64,000 nucleotides of DNA, from contig NC_086101.1 of the NCBI RefSeq assembly GCF_963921235.1, forward strand, positions 15,686,001-15,750,000. The letters run 5' to 3'. The first letter of the stretch is position 1. Each line of letters begins with the position of its first letter. This document shows, piece by piece, positions 1 to 11,000 of this stretch. The translations under genes and the position numbers were made by a program. The stretch comes from Mobula hypostoma. Its lineage: Eukaryota. Under the pieces are notes generated by a model. That model saw nothing but the letters and a program-made list of their open reading frames with translations, did not search any database and was not told where the DNA came from.

Positions 1-484
1 CTTTTCTTAAGTGTAACAATATATCTTCTACTATTTGTATTATTGCTATGTTTTGTTTCTATATTTTGAAATTAATAAAAAGATTGAAAAAGAAAGAAAG
101 AAAAGGGACCCCCACCGTTCACGACATGCTCTCTTCCCACCACTGCCATCCTGAAGAGGGTACAGGAGCCTCAGGACTCACACCACCTGGTTCAGGAATA
201 GTTATTAACCCGCAACTTTCTGGCTCTTGAACCCGATGAGATAACTTCACTGGCCCCATCACTGAACAGTTCCCGCAACCTCTCAATGGCCCTTCATCTC
301 ATATTCTTGCTTATATATTTATTATTATTATTTTTTTTCTTTTCTATTTGCGCTGTTTGTTGTCTTTTGCACACTGGTTGTTTGTCCATCCTATGGGGTG
401 TGGTCTCTTAATGTCTTTCTTGGGCTTGCTGTGTATGCCAACAAGAAAATGAATCTCTGGGTTGTATGTGTAGTTTGATAGTAC

Positions 485-716
485 ATTTATTTTGAACTTC
501 GAATTGATCCTCGCCGCTGTCTGTGAGGAGTTTGTATGTCCCCTCTCCATGACCGTTAAAATGGGTTTCTTCCCACATTCCACAAGACACACAGGTTAGG
601 GTTACTGAGCTGTGGGCATGCTGTGTTAGCACAGAAGTGTGGCAACACTTGTGGGCTGCCCCCAGTACAATCCTCACCAATTTGGTTTGATGCAAATGAC
701 ACATTTCACTTATCTT
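485..716 (+). mobile_element. tRNA-derived SINE (V-SINE-like), degraded
   Basis: Body 'gctgtctgtgaggagtttgtatgt...gggtttcttcccacattcc' matches the copies at 15.1 kb and 19.8-20.2 kb. Confidence 0.5.
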
Positions 717-1199
717 ATGAGGTGCTGTCCTTGGAGTTTGTGTCTGACCTCACCCTTGCAGTAGAGGAGGTCAAGGATGAACCATGTGCATAAACCCAGT
801 GTGCACGTGAATCTGTTTCACCAGCCAGGCTTGACACGTTTTCTCTGCAATAACACAAACAAATTCAGATGATAGAATGTTATTTTTTAAAAATGCAGCA
901 AAAACAAAAAATGCCCCAAGGGATTTCACAGAAATGCATTAAATCAGTATTGGACGTAAACCACTCAGGGAGATAACTTGGGGGAATGACCAAACATTTG
1001 GTCACAAAGAGAAAAGTCACAACAAAAATCTGAAAGTAAAACAGAAAATACTAGAAATGAAAAACATTTTAAAGAACTGTTGCTGCTGGAATAAAGACAG
1101 AAATTGCTGGAAGTACTCAGACTCTGTGGAGGGAGAAACAGTGTTAGCATCTCAGGTCGAAGACCCTGCCTCAGACATGTGGGAAAATAATCAGCATGT

Positions 1200-1505
1200 C
1201 GTTTGGAGCAACACACACAAAATATTGGAGGAACTCAGCTGGACAGGAAACAACTACAGTATGGAGGGGAATGAACAGTCAAGGCCAGGACCCTTCATCG
1301 GAACTGGAAAGGAAGACAGCAGAAGCCAGAGAAAGAAGGTGGGTAGAGGGGAAGGACTACAAGGTGGCAGGTGACAGGTGAGACCAGGTGTGGTGGAAGA
1401 TGGGAGGGTGGGGGAGGGGGGATGAAGTAAGAAGCTTGGAGGTGACAGGTAGGAGAGGTACAGAGCTAAAGAAGGAATCTAATAGGACAGGACAGTGGGC
1501 CATCC
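1200..1505 (-). mobile_element. Penelope-like element 3' terminus fragment
   Basis: 'cacaaaatattggaggaactcagc...ggacccttcatc' followed by a purine-rich stretch; same family as 20.6, 36.1, 54.3 and 57.3 kb. Confidence 0.6.
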
Positions 1506-1508
1506 TCT

Positions 1509-2968
1509 GGCCAGGATCTTTATGTCCTCGTTGTCCATGGGAATGGTACCGGAGGATTGGAGGGAGGCGAATGTTGTCCCCTTGTTCAAAAAGGTAGTAG
1601 GGATAGTCTGGGTAATTACAGACCAGCGAGCCTTACGTCTGTGGTGGGAAAGCTGTTGGAAAAAATTCTTAGAGATAGGATCTCTGGGCATTTAGAGAAT
1701 CATGGTCTGATCAGGGACAGTCAGCATGGCTTTGTGAAGGGCAGATCGTGTCTAACAAGCCGGATAGAGTTGTTTGAGGAGGTGACCAGGCATATAGATG
1801 GGGCTAGTGCAGTGGATGTGATCTATATGGATTTTAGTAAGGCATTTGACAAGGTTCCACACGGTAGGCTTATTCAGAAAGTCAGAAGGCATGGGATCCA
1901 GGGAAGTTTGGCCAGGTGGATTCAGAATTGGCTTGCCTGCAGAAGGCAGAGGGTCGTGGTGGAGGGAGTACATTCAGATTGGAGGATTGTGACTAGTGGT
2001 GTCCCACACGGATCTGTTCTGGGACCTCTACTTTTCGTGATTTTTATTAACGACCTGGATGTGGGGGTAGAAGGGTGGGTTGGCAAGTTTGCAGATGGCA
2101 CAAAGGTTGGTGGTGTTGTGGATAGTGTAGAGGATTGTCAAAGATTGCAGAGAGACATTGATAGGATGCAGAAGTGGGCTGAGAAGTGGCAGATGGAGTT
2201 CAATCCGGAGAAGTGTGAGGTGGTACACTTTGGAAGGACAAACTCCAAGGCAGAGTACAAAGTAAATGGCAGGATACTTGGTAGTGTGGAGGAGTAGAGG
2301 GATCAGGGGGTACATGTCCACGGATCCCTGAAAGTTGCCTCACAGGTGGATAGGGTAGTTAAGAAAGCTTATTGGGTGTTAGCTTTCATAAGTCGAGTTT
2401 AAGAGTCGCGATGTAATGATGCAGCTCTATAAAACAAGTGGTTAGGCCACACTTGGAGTACTGTGTCCAGTTCTGGTCACCTCACTATAGGAAGGATGTG
2501 GAAGCATTGGAAAGGGTACATAGGAGATTTACCAGGATGCTGCCTGGTTTAGAAAGTATGCATTATGTTCAGAGATTAAGGGAGCTAAGGCTTTACTCTT
2601 TGGAGAGAAGGAGGATGAGAGGAGACATGATAGAGGTGTACAAGATAATAAGAGGAATAGATAGAGTGGACAGCCAGCGCCTCATCCCCAGGGCACCACT
2701 GCTCAATACAAGAGGACATGGCTTTAAGGTAAGGGGTGGGAAGTTCAAGGGGGATATTAGAGGAAGGTTTTTTACTCAGAGAGAGGTTGGTGCGTGGAAT
2801 GCACTGCCTGAGTCAGTGGTGGAGGCAGATACACTGGTGAAGTTTAAGAGACTACTAGATAGGTATTTGGAGGAATTTAAGCTGGGGACTTATATGGGAG
2901 GCAGGATTTGAGGGTCGGCACAACATCGTGGGTTGAAGGGCCTGTACCGTGCTGTACTATTCTATTCT
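1509..2968 (+). mobile_element. CR1 LINE, 5'-truncated (RT domain + 3' UTR), with stops/frameshifts
   Basis: ORFs 1557-2297 and 2438-2911 contain CR1 RT motifs (NYRPASLTS, QHGFVKGRSC, DFSKAFDKVPH, GSVLGPLLFVIFINDL, RPHLEYCVQFWSP); the tail is 'gtgctgtactattctattcta'. Confidence 0.95.
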
Positions 2969-2969
2969 A

Positions 2970-3260
2970 AAGGAAAGGAGGAGGAGGACCCGAGGAAGGT
3001 GATGGACAGGTGAGAAGGGTGAAAAAGGGACTAGAATGGAAATAAGAAGTAGGGGTGGGTTGGGGGGCAGGGAATCATCAGAAGTTAGAGAAACTGATGT
3101 TCGTGCCTTCAGGTTGGAGGCTACCCAGATGGAACATGAGACATTGCCTCATCATAACAACTGACTAGGTCATGAATTGATATTTTGGAATGGGAATGGG
3201 AAATAGAATTAAAATGGTTGGCCACTGGAAACCCCACCTTTTGAGCTGATAGAGCATCAT
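2970..3260 (-). mobile_element. Penelope-like GIY-YIG C-terminal fragment
   Basis: Reverse complement resembles the 57292-57462 segment (gtggccaaccattttaattc...gggtagcctccaacctgaaggcacgaac). Confidence 0.6.
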
Positions 3261-3489
3261 TAGGTGGTTCAATTTGAAGCCTTCATCGTTTCCTTCTTCA
3301 CAGATGATGCCTGATCAGCAGCTTCTGGTTTGTTTGGTCAGAAAATTTACCTTTGAGGACTCTTGAAAAAGGGCAAGGTGTTTAGGGAGGGAATTTAGGG
3401 TCTGCACACCTGTACGGCCACCTCTTTCCCCACACTTCTAGGGTGTTCGAACTCGAAGTGGTCAGGTAGCCATAATTGGGAAGTTTGCA

Positions 3490-3850
3490 GTCTGAGAGGA
3501 TTGGAGGAGATTGAGCGGGATCAGCAGCGGAAGGGCTGAGCAGCTTCAAGTTCCTGGATGTTAACATATCCCAAGGTCTGTCTTGGGCCCAACACACTGA
3601 TGCAACCTCGAAGAAGGCACACCAGTGGCTGTACCTCATTAGACATTTGAGGAGACTTGATATCTCACCAAAGACACTATCAAATTTCTACAGAGCTTTC
3701 TGACTGGTTGCATCCTTTATGAAGGGCCCCCATCACTCAGGGCATGCCCTCTTCTCATCACTACCGTCAGGGAGGAGGTACAGAAGCCTGAAGCCACACA
3801 CTCGACATTTTAGGAACAGCTTCCACCTCTCCGCCATCAGATTACTGAAG
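3490..3850 (+). mobile_element. Rex1/Babar-like non-LTR 3' fragment
   Basis: 'cagcttcaagttcctggatgttaacat...aagaaggcacaccagtggctgtac' is shared with about 8 other copies in the window. Confidence 0.6.
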
Positions 3851-4725
3851 AATTTACAGTTTTATTTCAAATGCCCTGCACTGTAGTAGTGCGGCTATTC
3901 GAGTCGAGTATGATGTTCTCCTCAGGGATTGTCTGCTGGTGGGTAGAGGCCGATCCAGGATCCACAGATTCTGGTGCAGTGTGGGCAAGAGTGAGAGGTG
4001 GCTGTGGTTCGTGGTTGGGTCCTGCACTGTAATGCTGCCGCAAAGCGACGCATTTCACCAGATAAAATCAGTGACAATAAACCTGATTCGGAAGGAATTT
4101 GAAAACAAGGATGCGGGTTTTAAAAGACCCGGTGGCGCTTACCTGTGCAGAGTCACATACGCAGCACACCAAATCCAATCCAAGGTCAGCGAGTTGAAAC
4201 ATCATCTTTCTAGACTTTTCTGTTTCTATTTCGGATTCGCATCTTCAGACTTCCTTTCGCGCATCTCACACAGCTTGCTTCTCGTGACGATGACCGCAGC
4301 ACATTAGATTTCATTTCTATCTTTACCCCCGTCCAACCTTCCCCGAAGACTAAGTCCCTGAGTCATGCATGCCTCGATTTACCATAACAGCGCCGAGCTG
4401 GTGATTACCTCAACACGCTCCCCAAGTGGTAGGAAAATGAGGACGATACCCTGACCCTTCCCGTAAGTCCCGCTGAAGCAACTCGGCGCGAAAGGTCATT
4501 TTCCTGCATAGGTGCTGCCTGACCCGCCGAGTTCCTCCAGCACTCTGTGTGTGTTGACCCGAAACGTTTAACGGTCTGCTTTTCTCCACGGATGCTGCAT
4601 GGCCCGCTGAGTTCCTTTCAGCATTTTGTTTGAAAGATGATGTACGTTCCATTCTCTGCACCTTCTTGTTCCGTTCAGTTCCTCACCCACCGCCCCCATT
4701 CAAGTTTCGGCAAGGTGAAGGACCG

Positions 4726-4848
4726 TGACGTCACAAAGGGTTGGAACGTTGCCCGGATGGGAGGAACATTATACTGGAGCGCTGGGTTGTACCTATGACG
4801 TCACAAAGGGCAGGGTTTGTAATGTCTAGTGACGCACAGGGGATTCCG
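4726..4848 (+). promoter_or_regulatory. Putative TRAF proximal promoter: two perfect CRE palindromes, a CRE variant and a kB-like site
   Basis: TGACGTCACAAAGGG occurs at 4726-4740 and 4796-4810; TGACGCA at 4830; GGGGATTCCG at 4839-4848. All lie 95-220 bp upstream of ATG 4943 in a CpG-richer stretch. Confidence 0.6.
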
Positions 4849-4942
4849 TAGCCTGTATTCTTAAAGGCACTCTCTGACGCCGGCGCTGTATTTCAGTAGC
4901 AGAAGTTTAATTTGCGTCTCTTTCCTCGGCCAGTGTGGGATT

Positions 4943-5091
4943 ATGGTAGCCTTGGTGTCAGGCATCAGCCCAGTGGATCCGATCGCCAGCTCCTGCCTGC
5001 TGTGCTCCGCCTGCCGCTTCTTGCTGATCAAACCGAAGCAGACGGAATGTGGCCACCGCTACTGTACCGCCTGCCTGGAGAATCTGTTCAG
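4943..5091 (+). CDS. TRAF coding exon 1 (RING N-half)
   Basis: [49 protein letters not shown]; C-x2-C...C-x-H-x2-C-x2-C RING pattern; donor TTCAG|GTGAGT in phase 2, as recalled for TRAF2/3. Confidence 0.9.
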
Positions 5092-8000
5092 GTGAGTCAG
5101 GGGGACAGAGGTGGTGGATCATCGCCGGGAGGTGGATAGAATTCTCAGAGTTTGTCTTTTTAAAAATATGTTTATTACATAACTTTAATCCATATTTTCA
5201 TAGTTCTCAAATTAAAACTTTATCATCCTTGTACAGGATGGATCCCCCCTTCCCCAGTAAGCCTTTTAATGCCCCTATTATGTCTAACAAGCCTTCTCCT
5301 ATGCTTCAAGGAGAAATGCACCATGACAGTAAGCCATTCGGGCCCAAAGAGCTTAGGTACAGGATAAGAAACAGTTAACTTCTTAGGTCGGAGTCACTTC
5401 ATCAGGACTGAGCAAGAGTGAAAACAAGTTTAGACCAGGTAGCAGAGAAGGTGAGAGAGGGATCTGAGCGGAACACGGAGGATTTGTGGGATGAAGTAAC
5501 GGACAGATAATCTCCATTGTAATCAGAATCAGTTTTAATATCAATGGCGTATGTTTTTAAATCGGTTGTATTGTGGCAGTAGATAAAATAAACTATAAAT
5601 TACAATAAGAGATACATACTGTATATAAGTAGTGCAAAAACAGAGAGCAAATAATTAATGAAGTAGTTCATGGTTGGTTCATCATCTGTTCGGAGATCTG
5701 ATGGCAGAGAGGAAGAAGCTGCTTCTAAAATGTTGAGTGTGGGTCTTCAGGCTCCTGTAACTTGTTCGTGATGGTAGCAATAAGGAGCGGGCATGCCCTG
5801 GGTGATAGGGTTCCTTACTGATGTATGCCCCCTATTTTGAAGCATCACCTTTTGAAGCCGCCCTCAGAGGAGGGGAGGCTAGTGCCCATGATGGAACTAG
5901 CTGCGTTTGCAACCCTCCGCAGCTTTTCCCCATCCTGTAATGTGTGGCTAATGTTGTAAGTCTGGGTACTGATGTGGAGTCAGAATTACTGGGACATACA
6001 TATTTTTAACTATTTATGGTTCTATTACTATTTATTATTTATGGAGCAACTGTAATGAAAACCAATTTCCCCCGGGATTAATAAAGTATGACTATGACTA
6101 CAATACCCAGCGAGCCGGAACATACAAGAGAAATCTGGTTGGCAAAAATGCCCCATCCTGAGACAAACAGAAAGAAGAAAAAAGTACCTAAAGTTAGAGT
6201 TTAGAATCTCAGTGATCAATATATGGACAGCGTGTGTATAGTTGAACCTATTTTCATTTTAAAATGCCTTCGGTGTCCATGCCTGCACCTACTGGTGAAT
6301 TCTCATTGTGAAAGTGAAAAGCAATTTTAGGTGTTGGAAACCCGAAATCAAAAATGAAGTAGAAAATGCAGGGAGCACTGAGAAAATAATGAGGAAAAAT
6401 GTTAATGCAGGGGTTCTCCTGATGCTGGGAATCCAGAGAAACACAGAAAATGCTGAAGGAACTCAGCATGCTGGCGGCATCTATGGAGAGAATTAAAGAG
6501 TTGACCTTTCAGGCCAAGACCCTTTGTCAAGATTCTCTGATTTAACATTTCAATTCAGTTTTTGTCCTGAAATGTTAACTCTGTTTCTCTCTCCATGGAC
6601 GCTGCCTGACCTGCCGAGTGTTTCCGGCATCTTCTGCTTTTATTTTGTCCCTAATTCTCACCTATAGTGGATAGTCTTCTTGAATCTTCGGTGAAGAGTG
6701 TGTTTACGGTGGAGTAGGATTTGGATGGGGACGTGGTCTGTTCTTGAGTCGGTGGAGTGATTTAGGCAGGGTAGTCGTTGGAAGTGGCGATGTGGCCGTG
6801 AGCCTGCTGCCCATATAGTTAGGGAGCGAAGAGGTTAATGATCTGCTGCTGAAGGACTTTCTGAGCAGCAAATTGAATGTGTTTAAAGATTAGATTAGCT
6901 TTAATGTACAAAAAAAAAACGTGTTGTTCCAACAGAGTCCAAAATGTGCTGGGAGGAGGCAGCCTACACATGTTGCCAAGCTTCTGGCATCAATGTGCCA
7001 TGCTGTTTCCAACATTTCAACAGGGTTGGCATAGTATCAATCAGCCATGATTACATGGCAGAACAGACTCGAAGAACTAAATGGGCTAAATCTGCTCCTA
7101 TGTCTTATGGTCATAGGAGAGTACAGCACAGAAACAAGTCTTTTAACCCACTAAGTCTTCGATGACAGTCAATCACCATGTACATTAATCCTACCCCAAC
7201 CCTCTTTTTATTTTCTTCCGTGCCCATAAACTGTCCCCAGACTCTATCACTCAGCCACCCAATGGGCCATTCTGCAGAGGCCAACTACTTATCCTTTCCT
7301 AAAATATAAGTCTATAGGGTACATGAATAGACTTGGCGACTCAACCCTGGTCAACCAGTCATAAAAATCAGAGCCCTGCAGCACTGACAAAGCCATCTCT
7401 CGATCATCCAACACCTATTTACAATAATCCAACACAGATGCTATATTATTGTCCCTTCAACACCTGTCACCACTCCACCCCATCTCGATTCTCCCTCTTG
7501 CATTCATGCTGGTGACCATTTTGCTCTCTTTTTGATCTTTCTGTCTTCACCCGTGTATTCATTTATCTTCGTCTATCTACCTCCCTCTATCTATCCACCT
7601 ACCTTCATCTATCTATCTACCTATCATAATTTTTAGGTACTGCTGCTGCTAAGTAACAAATTTCATGACATATGCCTGTCCAAAGATCCCGCTTTGGACA
7701 ATTTACAATGACTAACTAATGTACAATCTGCTAGGAGAAACCAGGTGAATTAATGATCCCTTGTCACATTTTCCTGTCCTTTCCCTACACCCCTGTCTTT
7801 CTTTAACATCTACAAATCAATTGACCTCTGTTTTGAACACAACAAACGAGGGAGCCTCCAACAGTCCTCCGACTGAGGGTGGAGAATTCCAGTGATCTCC
7901 CCTGAAGGGACTGAGTGCAGTTTGACCCCATCCGTGCACTGTATCTTCTCTGGACAACTGTACTTTTTCTTCGGTGTTCCTTTGGAAGGGAAGGGGCTTG

Positions 8001-11000
8001 ACTGTGAAAAGCAAAAACCCAACAATGGCTCAAACACTCACATACTGGGAACACCGAGTTAGAAGAAATGAATGTGAAAATATTAATTTTTTTCTGCATA
8101 TTTTAGGACAGGAAATGAAGCGGATTGCTACATTTGCCAAAAGAAGGTTCTTCGTTCCAAGGTAGGACCTCTTATGTGTTGTAAGCATCTTATCACTGTT
8201 ATTGCTGTTTGACGTATTTGCAAAGGAGGGAGATGTGGATTAGAGCTGGGCTGTGTTGTGGGGGTTGTAAGGAATGTTGCTTCATGGGCACTGTCTCCAG
8301 GACTGACTTATGGGCTGCAATCTGTCAGAGAACTCAGATGCTTATATTATTGGACAATGGACACCCAGGGATGGGTACAAGCTAGAATTTAATTGAGGCT
8401 TCGCAAGGTGTATTTGTAAGGTAATGGGTTCCAGGGATGAGTTACAGGCTGGAATTTAGTTGGTGAATTATACATAGAATAACAGATATTTGGTAGTGAG
8501 TTACCGTCTGGAATATAGCTGAGGAGCATAGGGGGATTATACATACAATAATAGATACCTGGGAGTGAATTACAGTCTGCAATCTAGTTGGGGAGTTCAG
8601 AGGACAGAATAATGGATTCCCAGGAGTGATTTAGTTAAGGAGTTCAGGAGGTTTATATATAGAATGCTGTACTTGGGAGTGAGTTACAGGGTAGAATTTC
8701 AAGAGGTTCCAGTAGTTTATACACAGAATAATGAATATTCAGGAGTGAATTACAGACGGATTCTAATTGTGGAGTTCTGGAGGTTTATATAGGGAGTAAC
8801 GGATATGGGGGAATATCCTACAAATTGGAATTTAACTGGAATTCCTACGTAAGGAATGAAATATCTGTGTTTTTCTGGAGAAGAGGGGAGATTCCCAGAG
8901 ACAGACAGTAGTGAGTCATTAGTGCATGATGTTGCTTTGGCACGGTTCGGAGTGGTATTGAAGGCAGCCTCCGCTGGCTAGTTCAGGAGGTCTGCACAGG
9001 CAGGGAGGATGAAGAGAAACACTGCGCTCCTGTGGCCACTCAGGGCTAGCGATGAACAAAGTTGATGTCATCGCTCTTGGCCCCACCAACTCATGATCTC
9101 CAGGAATTTCCGCACATCCCCCTCCCTCCTTCTGGGAATTTTAATAGGTAAAATACAAGGGGGAACTAAAACTTTCCAAGAGGTGACGGGAACTTGAGGG
9201 ATGGAAAGTTTTGCTTTGCTGACATAGGCCGTTCATGGGACTTGGTGGTCATAGAGCATTTGTGGTATAGAAGGAGGCCCTTTGGCTCATTGTGTCTGTG
9301 CTGCTCAGCTGAGTAGCATTGTGGTCGTAGCCCTTTAAGTTCACATCTAACTACTATTCCATTGTAGTGAGGGGTTTCGGATTCACTCAACTTTTCTGCT
9401 AGAGAGCTCCAGAAACCCTACCATTCTTGAGGCAGAGAAACTCCTCCTCTCATTTATTCTAATTCATTTAGTGATTACCTGGGATATCTGATTGCTGGAA
9501 AGATGTGGAGACTTTGGAAAAGGTGCAGAAGAGGTTTACCAAGTTGGATCAGAGGGTGCAGACTATAAGGAGAGGTTGGACAAAATTGGATAGTTTTCTC
9601 TGGAGCGTCAGTGGCTGATTGAAGTCTCAGAGGCAGAGATAGGGTCAGCGAGCACTGCAGCATGGAAACAGACCCTTCGGCCCATCTAGTCTATACAAAC
9701 TATCATTCTGCCAAGTCCCGCCGACCCACCGACCCGCACCTAGATCGCAGTTCACCGTGCCCTTCCTGTCCAAGTACTTATCCAAACTTCAAGTAGACAG
9801 TCAGAATCTTTCCCCCAGGGGAAAAATAAAATGTCAAATACTAGATAGGCACTTAAGGTGAGAGATTCAAAGTTTACAGCAGATGTGTGGAGGAGAGTTT
9901 TTTCTGCACAGAGTGCTGGGTTCCTGGAATGGGCTCCCAGCAGTGGTGGTGGAATAGTGATGTTTAAGAGGCCTTTAGAAAGACACATGGATATGCAGTG
10001 AATGCAGGGATATGGGTCCTGTGCAGAGTCAGGTGAGATTTACTGGGTAATTTAATTTGTATCATGTTTGGTGGGCCACAGGGCCAGTCTTGTTCTATGT
10101 TCTAAAGCTCTCAACCAGGGGAAATTGGTCCTTTATTCAATCATGGTTCCATATAATTTTCTACATGGGATTTAAGCCTCTCTTCAGCCCCCTCTGTTCC
10201 AGAGAAAACTCCATCCTAACCTATCCAATTTGTCCTTGGAGCTTGGATTTTCCAGCCCTAATAAGTCCCCTCCGTATGCAATCACGTCGTACCTGTATTG
10301 TGCCCAACGCTGCTCCTGTACTCACAGCATGGCCAAAGAAGCACGTGCAAAGAATGCTGGAAACACTCAGCAGGTCAGTCAGCACCTATGGAACGAGAAA
10401 CAGTGAACATTTCGGCTGGAAGACCATTCATCGGCTAATACTGATCAATGCTCTTTGACCTGAACTGCTTCTCTCTCCGCAGATGCTGCCCAACCTGCTG
10501 AGTTTCCCCAGCATTTTCTGCTTCTTTTTCAGATCTCCAAAATTTGTGTATTTTTATATGCAGTCCTAATGTGTAATTGGCCAGAATATATAGGGGCAGA
10601 ACTAGGCCATTTGGCTCTTTGAGTTTGCTCCACGATTCAAATCCAGCTTTTTTTCACTTTCATTCTCGACCCCCTCCTGTGAACCCTCAACCCCCTTACT
10701 GATCAGGGATTTATCAATCTCTGCCTTAAATACACCAGAATGACTTAGCCTCCACAGCCCTCTCTGGCAAGAGATTCTCCACCCTCTGGCTGATGAAATC
10801 CTTTCTCCTTACTGTTTTAGTCCTTTTATCCTGAGGCCATTCCCTTGGATTCTAGACTCTCCTACTAAAGGAAACATCCTTTCCATCTCTACTCTATCCA
10901 GGCCTTTCGGTCATAGGATTAAGGTAGATGGACAAAAATCATGGCATGGACAATGTGGGCGGAAGAGCCTGCTTCCGTACTGTATGACTCTATGACCCTC

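Noticed and set aside
1557-2911. Reverse transcriptase as a novel or domesticated gene
   Set aside because: Ordinary CR1 copy with an in-frame stop and frameshifts, 5'-truncated; many relatives in the window.
10328-10373. TCKEC as the RING terminal Cys pair
   Set aside because: Its frame is incompatible with the phase-2 donor of exon 1 and the phase-0 acceptor at 11128, and it overlaps a Penelope-like terminus; kept only as an open question.
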